Origin: Elusimicrobiota bacterium
Lineage (GTDB): Bacteria > Elusimicrobiota > Elusimicrobia > UBA1565 > UBA9628
DNA: 64,000 bases
NCBI GenBank assembly: GCA_016234805.1
Contig: JACRNU010000030.1
Span: forward strand, 27,406-91,405
Direction: 5' to 3'
The stretch's first letter is position 1, and each line of letters opens with the position of its first letter. The position numbers and the translations under genes were made by a program. A model generated the notes under the pieces. It ran no database searches, was not told where the DNA came from, and saw only the letters and a program-made list of their open reading frames with translations. Below, piece after piece: positions 9,156 to 18,146 of this stretch.

Positions 9156-10609
9156 GGGGCCTGGCAGGGCTGTTCTTGGCAGGGCTCCTGGCCGTTCTCC
9201 CGCGCCTGTCTTGGGCTCAGGAGGCCGCTTCGGCCTCCGGGGCCGGGTTCAAGAAGCCTGACATGTCCAAGGTGCCTGAGGTCGGGTTCGTGGAGCCCCA
9301 TCTCCTGCCTTCGAGGATGAAGTGGAAGCTCGCCAACGGCTTCGAGACGATCCTCGCCGAGGACCATCGCAGCCCCCTGGTGACCGCCCGGCTGGTGGTG
9401 CGCTCCGGCTGGGCAGCGGTGCCCTCCGAGCTCGCGGGCCTGGCCGACGCCATGGCCGAGCTCCTGACCGAGGGCAGTCTCCGCTACACCGCCCGCGAGA
9501 TCGCCGACGCTGCCCAGGATTATGGAGGCAAGGTCTCGGTCAAGGCCGGGCCGGACGCCATCGTCATCGAGACCTCAGGCCTCTCCGAGCACAGCGAGCG
9601 CATGCTGGCCCTGCTCGCCGAGGTCAGCCGATCCCCCACATTCCCGGCCAACGAAGTCGAGCTGCGCAAGAAGAACATGAAGGAGGAACTCGCGGCTGGC
9701 CGCGGCGACGGCGAGTTCCTGGCTTCCACGGCCTTCTTCAAGAAGCTCTACCGTTCGCATCCCTACGCGGTCACGGCCCCGACCCCGGCCTCCATCGGCA
9801 GGATCACGCGCAAGCACATCGCGGCCTTCCACAAGAAGCTCTTCACCCCGGCCAACGTCACCCTCATCCTGGCCGGAGACATCGGCTACGAGGACGCGGC
9901 CAAGCCCGTGAACGCGCACTTCGGCCCGTGGAAGGGCTTGGCCGAGCCGGTCGAGGCGCCCGCGGTGGTGGGCGGCCACGACCGCAGGAGGGTCTTCCTG
10001 CTCGACCGGCCGGGCGCGAGCCAGTCCGCGGTGTTCATGGGCAGCTTCGCGGTGCGCGAGGACCACCCGCAGTATTACAGCCTGCTCGCGGTCAACCAGG
10101 CCATCGGCGGGACCTTCAGCTCTCGGCTCATGCAGGACCTCCGCGAATCCAAGGGCTGGACCTACCAGGTCTGGTCGCGGCTCGAGCACAGGCTGACTTC
10201 ATCCATCTTCCGGGTGCGCACGCCCCTGCGCGCCGAGAACACGGGAGACGGCCTCAAGGCGATCTTCAAGCACCTCGAAGAGGTCCGGGACAAGGGCATC
10301 ACCGAAATGGAGCTCGCCAAGGCCAAGGCCTTCCTCATCGGCAGTCTGGCCATCGAGCTGGAGACCCAGGCGGGCCTGGCCGACGCATTGGTCCAACAGA
10401 AGATCCTCCGTCTTCCCGACGACCAACTGGACTCCTACGCCACCCGCGTCTCAGCCGTGACCCTCGAGTCCGCGGCCAGGGCAGCCCAGACCTTCATCCG
10501 GCCCGAGGAGATGACCGTGGTCGTGGTCGGCGACGCCAAGGCGATCGGCAAGGAGCTCGCCGGGTTCTCCGAGTTCCCGGTCACGCCGGTCGACCAAGAT
10601 GGGAACTGA
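9152..10609 (+). CDS. M16 family peptidase homolog (non-catalytic-subunit type).
   Basis: Signal peptide, then an M16 inactive-subunit-like layout (FTPANVTLILAGDIGYEDAA) with no HxxEH motif. 4-nt ATGA overlap with the upstream M16 gene indicates translational coupling. Confidence 0.75.
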   Translation: MRGLAGLFLAGLLAVLPRLSWAQEAASASGAGFKKPDMSKVPEVGFVEPHLLPSRMKWKLANGFETILAEDHRSPLVTARLVVRSGWAAVPSELAGLADAMAELLTEGSLRYTAREIADAAQDYGGKVSVKAGPDAIVIETSGLSEHSERMLALLAEVSRSPTFPANEVELRKKNMKEELAAGRGDGEFLASTAFFKKLYRSHPYAVTAPTPASIGRITRKHIAAFHKKLFTPANVTLILAGDIGYEDAAKPVNAHFGPWKGLAEPVEAPAVVGGHDRRRVFLLDRPGASQSAVFMGSFAVREDHPQYYSLLAVNQAIGGTFSSRLMQDLRESKGWTYQVWSRLEHRLTSSIFRVRTPLRAENTGDGLKAIFKHLEEVRDKGITEMELAKAKAFLIGSLAIELETQAGLADALVQQKILRLPDDQLDSYATRVSAVTLESAARAAQTFIRPEEMTVVVVGDAKAIGKELAGFSEFPVTPVDQDGN

Positions 10610-10726
10610 GGATATTGTACTATTGCGCTGTGGGCGATGAACCGATCGAATCGGAGGAGGCGCGGGAATGGGCGCTCATGACGCCTGTCCAGCGATATCT
10701 GGAGAGTTGCCGGTTATGGTCCACGT

Positions 10727-11497
10727 ATGCCCTTTTTGGAGGTTCGCTTGATCCCGAGCCCGATTCACAAAGTCCTTTTGATTTTCCAGAATTGCAGCGC
10801 GCGGTTTCTATTGATGGGCGGTCAGGCGTGCATTTTATACGGCGCGGCGGAATTTAGCCGCGATCTGGACCTCGCCATCGGCATCGATGAGCCGAACCTT
10901 GGAAGAATACGGGATGCGCTCAACGAACTCCGCGCCGAGAGCGTTTTCGCGCCTCCCCTGGATGCCGGCGCGTTGGAGCGCGGGCATGCCTGCCATTTTC
11001 GCTGTCATACTCCTGAGACGGAAGGCCTCCGAATCGACATCATGACCCGCATGCGCGGGTGCGATGATTTCGCCGCGTTGTGGGAGCGGCGCACGATGGT
11101 CCATCTTCCGGAGATCGGGGAGATGGGCGTGCTGTCCTTGCCGGATCTGATAAGAGCCAAGAAGACTCAGCGTGAGAAAGACTGGCCCATGGTCCGTCGG
11201 CTGATTGAAGCCGATATTTTGCAGGCCCAAGACAGGGCGACGGAAAAGCAGGTCCAGTTCTGGTTCGAGGAGTGCCGGACGCCGTCGGAGCTGATGCGTT
11301 TGGCCAAAGTATGGCCTGCCCTGTGTCGATCCGTATCGACCCGACGGAGGCTTCTCGCCCATGCCCTCTCCGGAGACGGCGTGGCCCTTGAAAAAAGCCT
11401 CCGGGAAGAAGAGGCATCTGAAAAGGATAGGGATCGACAGTATTGGAGTCCATTAAAGATGGAACTTGAAAAATGGCGCCATGATAGAAGGCCATGA
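10727..11497 (+). CDS. Hypothetical nucleotidyltransferase-fold protein in a locally lower-GC stretch.
   Basis: LLMGGQACILYGAAEFSRDLDLAI resembles the minimal nucleotidyltransferase GS...D.D motif. Local GC is visibly lower than the flanks. The start is uncertain. Confidence 0.4.
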   Translation: MPFLEVRLIPSPIHKVLLIFQNCSARFLLMGGQACILYGAAEFSRDLDLAIGIDEPNLGRIRDALNELRAESVFAPPLDAGALERGHACHFRCHTPETEGLRIDIMTRMRGCDDFAALWERRTMVHLPEIGEMGVLSLPDLIRAKKTQREKDWPMVRRLIEADILQAQDRATEKQVQFWFEECRTPSELMRLAKVWPALCRSVSTRRRLLAHALSGDGVALEKSLREEEASEKDRDRQYWSPLKMELEKWRHDRRP

Positions 11498-13067
11498 CGG
11501 CAAGGCCTCCGGCCCTCTCTGCCTCTCGTGCCTTCCCAGCCTGACCGACGCAGTCGTTGCGGCTCTGTCCAGCGCGGCCCTGGGCCTTGCGGTCGCGGTC
11601 ATGCGGACCCTCTCCCGAGTCCCGGCATCGGACGACCTCCTGCTTCCAAGGAGGGCCTTCTACCCGTTCTTCGCGTTCTTCATCAAGGCCCAGGCCTCCC
11701 CAGCGGTCCGGGGCGCGCTCTCCTGGCTGGCTCTGGCCTTGACGCTCGCCAGCCTCCTGCTGGTCCTGTGGCGCCTGTGGGCCGGGTTCAAGCGCGGCAG
11801 GTCCGGCGCCATGGGCGTGTCCAGGGGCCGCGCGCCATGGCTTGCCGCTGTCGGTCTCTTGGCCGGAAGCCTGGCCTTCGCCGCCTTGGCCAGGTCCTCG
11901 ATCGCGACTTTCCTCGACATGCTCCAGAACGCGTGGTTCCTTCCCGAGAGTCTCGATATCCGCGAGCCCCCGCTCGCCTTCGTCCTGTCAGCCGTGCCCG
12001 TGTTCCTGGCTGTGGCCGCGATCCTGAGTCTGGCTGAGACAGCGTTCTCATCCGGTCCCTGGAAGACGGCCAGGCCGTGGAAAACGGCCTGCGGCTGGAC
12101 CACGGCCTTGGCCGCGTGCTGGCTGGCCGCGATGATCATGGCTCAAGGCTACGGCGCCGGGCTGAGCCTTGCCCAGTCCTCGGGAACCTCGGTGGGAACG
12201 CCTGGGAGCGCCTTCATCCTGGTGCTCACCGAGAAGGGAATCCCGGACTATTCAGTGCGCGAAGCGCCTTTGGCCGTGCCTGGACCGGTCGAGCGCGCTG
12301 AGGACGACCTAGCAGGGCTGGAGAGGTTCAGCCGGCTTCGGTCCCTGCAGAGGCTCCCGGCTCTGAGGCACGCCTATACGGGCCGTGCCGCTCTGGCGGA
12401 CGCGGACGGCATGCGGGCCTCGGCTTTGGCCGCCCTCGAGGCCGGGGACCCGTTGGCCGGGCTCCTGCTCTTGGGGAGCTTGTCTCACGCTCCCGCCAAC
12501 AAGGACAACCTGAGGATGCTCGAGACCCTGGCGGATGAGAAGCGCTGGCGGGTCGGTCCCCATGCCGCCTTCCTCCTGTCCGCTGCGTTCGCCAGGTTCG
12601 GCGTCGCTGACCGGGCCGGGTATTGGCTCGGCCGCGCTTCACAGGGCGATGCCGGCATCCCGGCCGGGCTTCTGGTGTCGCCCGATTCGGCCAAGCCTTC
12701 GAAGGTCCGGGGCAGGTTCGTGTTCGAAGGCGCGGCCGTCCCTGTCAGCGGAAGCCGCCAGAGAGGCGGAAGCGGTAAGGGAGAAGGTCTGCGGGTCGCG
12801 CTTTATTCCAGGGACCGCGCCATCCCCGCGGATCTCTCAGCCATGACCCTCGCGGCTTCCACGGTCCTCGACGCCAAGGGAGGTTTCGAGTTCCGCGACA
12901 TGCCTGGCGGCGACTATTCCCTGGCGCTCCTGCTCGGCACGGCCGAGTCTTCGACCGGACCCTTCCGGGCCGGCCCGGCCCGGGGCAGCCTCCGCGTGAG
13001 CGGCCACAAGGGCGACATCCGCGTCGAGGGCAAGGACGTGTCCTTGGCCCCCATCTTCCTGCGATGA
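11466..13067 (+). CDS. Hypothetical membrane protein upstream of, and overlapping, an ABC transporter operon.
   Basis: 533-aa ORF with several hydrophobic helices (LSWLALALTLASLLLVLW, LAFVLSAVPVFLAVAAILSLA) and a C-terminal soluble region. 4-nt overlap with the downstream ABC ATPase gene. Confidence 0.5.
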   Translation: MKNGAMIEGHDGKASGPLCLSCLPSLTDAVVAALSSAALGLAVAVMRTLSRVPASDDLLLPRRAFYPFFAFFIKAQASPAVRGALSWLALALTLASLLLVLWRLWAGFKRGRSGAMGVSRGRAPWLAAVGLLAGSLAFAALARSSIATFLDMLQNAWFLPESLDIREPPLAFVLSAVPVFLAVAAILSLAETAFSSGPWKTARPWKTACGWTTALAACWLAAMIMAQGYGAGLSLAQSSGTSVGTPGSAFILVLTEKGIPDYSVREAPLAVPGPVERAEDDLAGLERFSRLRSLQRLPALRHAYTGRAALADADGMRASALAALEAGDPLAGLLLLGSLSHAPANKDNLRMLETLADEKRWRVGPHAAFLLSAAFARFGVADRAGYWLGRASQGDAGIPAGLLVSPDSAKPSKVRGRFVFEGAAVPVSGSRQRGGSGKGEGLRVALYSRDRAIPADLSAMTLAASTVLDAKGGFEFRDMPGGDYSLALLLGTAESSTGPFRAGPARGSLRVSGHKGDIRVEGKDVSLAPIFLR

Positions 13068-13816
13068 TCGAGGTCCGCGGACTCAGCAAGCGCTTCTCCC
13101 CTGTCCAGGGTCTGCGCGGCATGGTCGGGGGGCTCTTTCGCGCCGCGCCGCAGGCCTCCGTGACCGCCCTGGACGAGGTGAGCTTTAGCGTGGGCAAGGG
13201 CGAGGTCTTCGGCCTGGTCGGCCCGAATGGAGCGGGCAAGACCACCCTGATCAAGGTCCTCGCCACCCTTGTCCTGCCTGATTCGGGGGATGCGGCCGTG
13301 GCCGGCCACGACATCCTGGCTGATCCTTGCCGAGTGAAGGCATCCATGGGGTTGGTGACCGGGGATGAGCGCAGTTTCTACTGGCGGTTGACGGGTTGGC
13401 AGAACCTCGAGTTCTTCGGCGCTTTCCAAGGATTGCCGGTTGGCAGGGTTAGGGAGCGGGTCCGGGGACTGGGACCGCTGTTGGATGGGGATGCTCTCGA
13501 CAGGAGGGTGGCTGAGTATTCGGCCGGGATGCGCCAGCGTCTCGGCCTCTTGAGGGCTCTGCTCCATGATCCTGAGGTCCTTTTGCTCGACGAACCCACG
13601 AAGAGCATCGACCCCGCTGGAGCGGCCATGGTGGGAAGGTTCGTCCGCGACGAGCTTGCTGGAAGGCAGGGCAAGTCCGTCCTGTTCGCCACGCACAATA
13701 TGGCCGAGGCCGAGGCTGTCTGCGGCCGTGTCGGGCTTCTTGTCCAAGGCAGGCTGGTCGCGCAAGGCGCGCCCCACGACATCAGGGAACGTCCGGAGCT
13801 TCTTTCCCATGGCTAA
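13064..13816 (+). CDS. ABC transporter ATP-binding protein.
   Basis: Walker A GPNGAGKTT, ABC signature YSAGMRQRLGL, Walker B LLLDEPT, and an H-loop. Confidence 0.9.
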   Translation: MIEVRGLSKRFSPVQGLRGMVGGLFRAAPQASVTALDEVSFSVGKGEVFGLVGPNGAGKTTLIKVLATLVLPDSGDAAVAGHDILADPCRVKASMGLVTGDERSFYWRLTGWQNLEFFGAFQGLPVGRVRERVRGLGPLLDGDALDRRVAEYSAGMRQRLGLLRALLHDPEVLLLDEPTKSIDPAGAAMVGRFVRDELAGRQGKSVLFATHNMAEAEAVCGRVGLLVQGRLVAQGAPHDIRERPELLSHG

Positions 13817-14612
13817 GACCGCGGCGTACCTGCGCAAGGCCCTGGGCGACGCGCGCAGCTACCGCCTGGGCTTCGGGTTGGCGCTTTTGAGCACTGTTTT
13901 CTCCGTGGTCTCGTATTTCTTCATTGACAAGCTCTTCGGCAGGCAGGTCGCGCCCCATCTCGCGCCGTTCGGGGTCAGCTACTTCTCCTACGTCCTGGTG
14001 GGGATGATGGCCAGCACTTACCTTGGAGGGGCTTTGGGCGCGGTCTCGAGCATGATGAGGGAAGAGCAGGTCTGGGGGACCTTCGAGGCCCTCCTGGCCA
14101 CGCCGACCGGGATATTCACCATCGCGTGCGCCATGGCTTCCTGGAACCTCATCATGGCCTCCCTGGAGACCGCGGTCTATGTCCTGGCCGGGGTCTTCGT
14201 CTTCGGAGTGGATTTCAGCAGCGTCAACCTGCCTGCCGCGCTGATCATCCTGTCCCTGGCCATGGTCTCTTTCTCGGCCATGGGGATCATCTCCGCTGCC
14301 TTCATCCTGGCCTTCAAGCGCGGCGACCCTCTCTCCATCATGATGAACCTCGGGATGGAGATACTGGGGGGGGTGTTCTTTCCGGTCACGATCCTTCCGG
14401 ATTGGCTCAAGGCTTTGTCATACCTTTTCCCCACCACCTACGCGGTCCGGTCCCTGGAGCTGGCGATCTACAGGGGCGCGGGGCTAGCGGACCTCCGGCA
14501 CGATGTGGCCGTGCTCGCCGTTCTGTCCGCGGTCTTGGTCCCCATGGCCTACCGGAGCCTGGGGGCGGCATTAGATTACGCCCGTAGGAAAGGCACGCTG
14601 GCGCAGTATTGA
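13809..14612 (+). CDS. ABC-2 type transporter permease.
   Basis: MAKTAAYLRKALGDARSYR followed by six predicted TM helices typical of the ABC-2 family. Start overlaps the ATPase gene by 8 nt. Confidence 0.7.
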   Translation: MAKTAAYLRKALGDARSYRLGFGLALLSTVFSVVSYFFIDKLFGRQVAPHLAPFGVSYFSYVLVGMMASTYLGGALGAVSSMMREEQVWGTFEALLATPTGIFTIACAMASWNLIMASLETAVYVLAGVFVFGVDFSSVNLPAALIILSLAMVSFSAMGIISAAFILAFKRGDPLSIMMNLGMEILGGVFFPVTILPDWLKALSYLFPTTYAVRSLELAIYRGAGLADLRHDVAVLAVLSAVLVPMAYRSLGAALDYARRKGTLAQY

Positions 14613-14619
14613 GCGCGGA

Positions 14620-15123
14620 TCAGAGGCGCTTCTCCATCGTGGACTCGTCTCCGGAACTCTCGACGACGTGAAAGCCCATCTCCCGATAGAGCGCGAGGGC
14701 TGCCCAAGCCCTGCGGTTCACCGACAGCGTTACGGCCTCGCCCTTCCGAGTCTTGACGTGGTCGAGGATCGCGGCGCAAAGGCTCCGGCCCAGGCCCTGG
14801 TGTCTGTAGAGCGGCTTGACCCAGACCCCGTCTATTCCCCATCGACCGCCGCCGAGCAGGGTGACGGTGGCCGTCCCGATGACCGTATCGCGCGTCAGCG
14901 CGACGAACCGGGCGCCTCCGGCGAGCTCGCCCTTGAGGCCTTCGGCGAATTCAGCTTGGGTCATCCCGGGCGCGCTGTTGAGGCGGCACAGCTCCGCGGC
15001 GTCGTCCATGGTGGCCGGCCTTACGACTGCGCGTTCCCGCAGCAGGAGCGTCCGTATGAGCCTGCGGCATCCCGATGCCTCCAGCAGGAACGATGCGACC
15101 CTGGTCGGCGGCCAAGGCGTCAC
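14620..15123 (-). CDS. GNAT family N-acetyltransferase.
   Basis: VWVKPLYRHQGLGRSLCAAILDHV is an acetyl-CoA binding motif (R/Q-x-x-G-x-G/A). Confidence 0.75.
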   Translation of the reverse strand: MTPWPPTRVASFLLEASGCRRLIRTLLLRERAVVRPATMDDAAELCRLNSAPGMTQAEFAEGLKGELAGGARFVALTRDTVIGTATVTLLGGGRWGIDGVWVKPLYRHQGLGRSLCAAILDHVKTRKGEAVTLSVNRRAWAALALYREMGFHVVESSGDESTMEKRL

Positions 15124-15150
15124 GGAAGTTCCCGGTCCTGAGCATGGCGG

Positions 15151-15834
15151 TCATCGGCTGCGCCAGACCAGCGTATCAAGCTCCTGGAGCTCAGCATCGA
15201 GCTCCAGCCAGGGCTGGCTGTCGAAAATGGAGCGCTGGCGCGCGCAGAAATAGGCCACCCGGATAATGCGCGGCTTGGCGATGAGCGACCGCCGGATGTT
15301 CTCCACGACCGCGCCGAAGGTCTTGGGCCCAAAAGGGTCGGAGAAGAAGAAGGCCGTGCCTTCCGACACATCGAACGATGCGGCATCGGCGCGGACGAAC
15401 TCCCCCCCCCCCCCCCTGAAGGTCCGCTTGTTCTCCATGGCGATCCGGAACAAGTCTTCGTTCAACTCGACTCCCACCGCCCTCTTCGGACGGAGCGTGG
15501 CTGCAAGAAAGACGGCCCTGCCCTGCCCGCATCCGAGGTCAATAAAGACGTCCTCTGGCCCCAGGGCGAGGAAGGCCAGGATTTTGTCCGCGGCGGCGTA
15601 GGAGATGGGATCGTACGGCTGCATGTCGCGGAATCCGCTCTCGTCGGCGTTGCGTCGCCACGGCAGGTTTGTCCTGATGCCGAGTCCCCGGTCGCGCCGA
15701 TGCTCCGCCACGACGACGGCGAAGTCCCGCGTCGTGTCCAGCAGATGCTGTCCCAGGCCCGATAGGAAGCGCCGGAAACTCTGCAAGAGCTTGAACGCCA
15801 GCGAATCCTTGACCCTCGCGCGGAGCGTCAGCAT
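15151..15834 (-). CDS. Class I SAM-dependent methyltransferase containing a 15-nt poly-C tract (GGGGG in the protein).
   Basis: VFIDLGCGQGRAVFLAA (motif I). The last gene of the minus-strand cluster; its start overlaps the upstream fusion gene by 7 nt. Confidence 0.65.
   Translation of the reverse strand: MLTLRARVKDSLAFKLLQSFRRFLSGLGQHLLDTTRDFAVVVAEHRRDRGLGIRTNLPWRRNADESGFRDMQPYDPISYAAADKILAFLALGPEDVFIDLGCGQGRAVFLAATLRPKRAVGVELNEDLFRIAMENKRTFRGGGGEFVRADAASFDVSEGTAFFFSDPFGPKTFGAVVENIRRSLIAKPRIIRVAYFCARQRSIFDSQPWLELDAELQELDTLVWRSR
15402..15416. repeat. Homopolymeric tract C15 (G15 on the coding strand) inside a methyltransferase CDS.
   Basis: Direct reading of gaactCCCCCCCCCCCCCCCtgaag; it encodes RGGGGEF. 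Confidence 0.8.
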
Positions 15835-18146
15835 GGGGCGCGAAGCTCCTTTTCCGGCGGCCGCCAGTCCGGGATGACGCCGATGCCGAAGCCCTTCTGA
15901 TCCCAGTCCTCCACGATCTCCTCGACGGGATGGGCGGCCTTGATCTCCCGCCAGAGCCTGGGTGATTCCTGGTCGCCGGTCGAGGGGTCGGGCACGATGT
16001 CGTGGAAGGCTATTATGCCTCCTTCCCGGACCAGGGGGGAGTAACGCTCAAAGTCGGATCTGACCGCGTCATAGGCGTGGTCGCCGTCGATGAAAAGGAA
16101 ATCCGCCTTCCTGCCGCCCAGCAGTTCCCGGACCCGTGCCAGGGTCCGGTCGCTCCCGGAGTCCGAGCGGACGAGCCTGATCGTCTGTCCCTTGAGCCCG
16201 ATCGAACGGTAGAGCGGGATCCTCGCGGCCGAGTATCCTTCGCCGCCTCCGAAGAAGGGCCCTGGGAGGTCCACGCTGACGAGGAGGGCGTCCTTTGCCG
16301 CGGCTCGGGAGAATAGGAACAGGGTCCCTCCGAGCTCGGTCCCGATCTCGACGATCACCTCGGGCTGGCGCGCCTTCAGGAGTTCGACGAGACGGATGAT
16401 CTCGCTCCTCACTTGAGCCGGCTGGAGGAGGCCCTCGAGTCCGTCGAAGGCGAGATCAGCCAGCCTGCCGGGGTCCCAGGTCAGGTCCGCGGCTTGGATG
16501 TCCCGCAGGTGAAGGGGGAGCTTGAGCAGGCGTTTGGCCGCGGCCGCGAGCCCGCCGGCGGAGCCGGGGCCGCGTTCGCGGACGACCCTGTCCCGCCAGC
16601 GACGTTCGAGTCGGTCGACGCCTTCCTCGCCGAGCAGGTCCGAGCTCTTGCTGCCGTAGTGGATGACCCAGACGTTGATGAGGGCGTAGAGCTTCCAGCC
16701 CAGGCGCTTCACGCGCTGGGTCAGGTCGATCCCTTCGTGACCGAGAAAGTATCTGCGGTCGAACTCCCCTGCCTCGGCCAGGGCGGACCGACGCGCCAGG
16801 AGGAACCCGCCTTCGAGATAGTCCACCTTGGCGAAGAAGAAGCCGTCCTTGAACCGGCCGCGCCAACGGGCGATGGTGTCGAGGATCCGATTCTCGCACC
16901 AGGAGTTGGGGAAGGCCTTGTTGGCGCGAAGGCAGAGGTCCCAAAGCACGCGCCGCCAGCCGGTCAGCACGACGCCGACCTCCCAGGCCTCATCCTTGTC
17001 CTCCGGCCGCTCGATCTCCCGGGGCATGGCGGCTCCCGCTTCGGGATGCTCCTCCATGAACCGCACGGACCTGGCCAGGGTGTCGGGCAGCATTTCCGTG
17101 TCCGGGTTGAGGAAAAGGACGAATTCTCCCCTGGCCAGGGCCACGGCCTGGTTGTGTCCGGAGCCGTAGCCCACGTTCTCTCGATTCTCGACTACTCGGA
17201 CTTCCGGGTATTTCTCCCGGACCATGGCGGCGGAGCCGTCGGAGGATGCGTTGTCCACCACGATGACCTCGAGGTCCAGGCCTCCCGCGTGCCGGAACAC
17301 GGAGGCGAGGCATTTGTCCAGGTAGTCCCTGACATTCCAGTTGACGATGGAGACCGTGAGCTTGAGGGCGGGACCGGCCTGGACCCTTGGGGCTGCAACC
17401 GGGATCCCCCGAAGAGTCCTCCCGAGGCGGAAGGCCAGCCGGTGGAGGGGATGAGGGATCGCGGACACCAGGAGCCCGAGGACGCGGTCCATGGGCTTGT
17501 CCAACGGAGTCCTGTCGCCCTTCCTGATCCGGGCCGCCACCCTGCCGAGGATCTCGGATTCCGTGACCTGGTCAAGGCCGTCCCCGCTGTCGGCTTTGAG
17601 GGTGAAGGTCCATCCGCCTTGGCCGGCCGAGGCGCCGACGATGCGGTGGGCGGCCATCCTGTCGTCCTTGGAGTAGAGGACGATGTCCCCTCTCCTGAGT
17701 CCGGCGGGCCCGGCCGGCCTGACTTCCAGCGTGTCGCCGTCCTTGATGATGGGGGACATGCTTGAGCCCCGCGCCTCGAGCCGGACCGAGGCGCCGCGTT
17801 CGAGCAGGGAGGCCGCGACCGAGGCCAGGTCAACGGCCCCGACGTTCAGGCCGTCCAGGCGGTTCTCAGCCACGCTCCCGCATCCTTTGTGTTCCGGAAG
17901 GAAAACTCCTGGACCGGGATCTCCCGGCAGAGCCTCGCGCACGATCCCAGAGCGGCCTCCATCAGCTTCTTGTCCCACCAGGGAGCGAAGGTGCAGCGCA
18001 GCAGGGCTGCCGCGGCCCCCGATGGGGACAGGGAGGCCAGGCCGTTGCTTTTTGCCTGCCGGAGGATGAAGAGCTTCTTGAGGGGGACGGCTCTGTTGGC
18101 CGCGAGCCGGTCCTCTCCGGGCCAAGGCGTGCCGCACAGCAGCCAT
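15828..18146 (-). CDS. Three-domain fusion protein: S24/S26 (LexA/signal-peptidase-like, Ser-His type) peptidase domain, a family-2 glycosyltransferase, and a class I SAM methyltransferase (TylF/cephalosporin-hydroxylase-like). True start probably internal.
   Basis: N-terminal: GSSMSPIIKDGDTLEV...RRGDIVLYS...AAHRIVG, an SPase I/LexA-like fold with His in place of the general-base Lys. Middle: KLTVSIVNWNVRDYLDKCLASVF...VIVVDNASSDGS...FLNPDTEM, a GT2 DXD-type domain. C-terminal: VIVEIGTELGGTLFLFS...FLFIDGDHAYDAVRSDFE...GGIIAFHDI, a methyltransferase. The first ~100 codons of the track ORF overlap the upstream kinase gene. Confidence 0.65.
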   Translation of the reverse strand: MAAVRHALARRGPARGQQSRPPQEALHPPAGKKQRPGLPVPIGGRGSPAALHLRSLVGQEADGGRSGIVREALPGDPGPGVFLPEHKGCGSVAENRLDGLNVGAVDLASVAASLLERGASVRLEARGSSMSPIIKDGDTLEVRPAGPAGLRRGDIVLYSKDDRMAAHRIVGASAGQGGWTFTLKADSGDGLDQVTESEILGRVAARIRKGDRTPLDKPMDRVLGLLVSAIPHPLHRLAFRLGRTLRGIPVAAPRVQAGPALKLTVSIVNWNVRDYLDKCLASVFRHAGGLDLEVIVVDNASSDGSAAMVREKYPEVRVVENRENVGYGSGHNQAVALARGEFVLFLNPDTEMLPDTLARSVRFMEEHPEAGAAMPREIERPEDKDEAWEVGVVLTGWRRVLWDLCLRANKAFPNSWCENRILDTIARWRGRFKDGFFFAKVDYLEGGFLLARRSALAEAGEFDRRYFLGHEGIDLTQRVKRLGWKLYALINVWVIHYGSKSSDLLGEEGVDRLERRWRDRVVRERGPGSAGGLAAAAKRLLKLPLHLRDIQAADLTWDPGRLADLAFDGLEGLLQPAQVRSEIIRLVELLKARQPEVIVEIGTELGGTLFLFSRAAAKDALLVSVDLPGPFFGGGEGYSAARIPLYRSIGLKGQTIRLVRSDSGSDRTLARVRELLGGRKADFLFIDGDHAYDAVRSDFERYSPLVREGGIIAFHDIVPDPSTGDQESPRLWREIKAAHPVEEIVEDWDQKGFGIGVIPDWRPPEKELRAPC

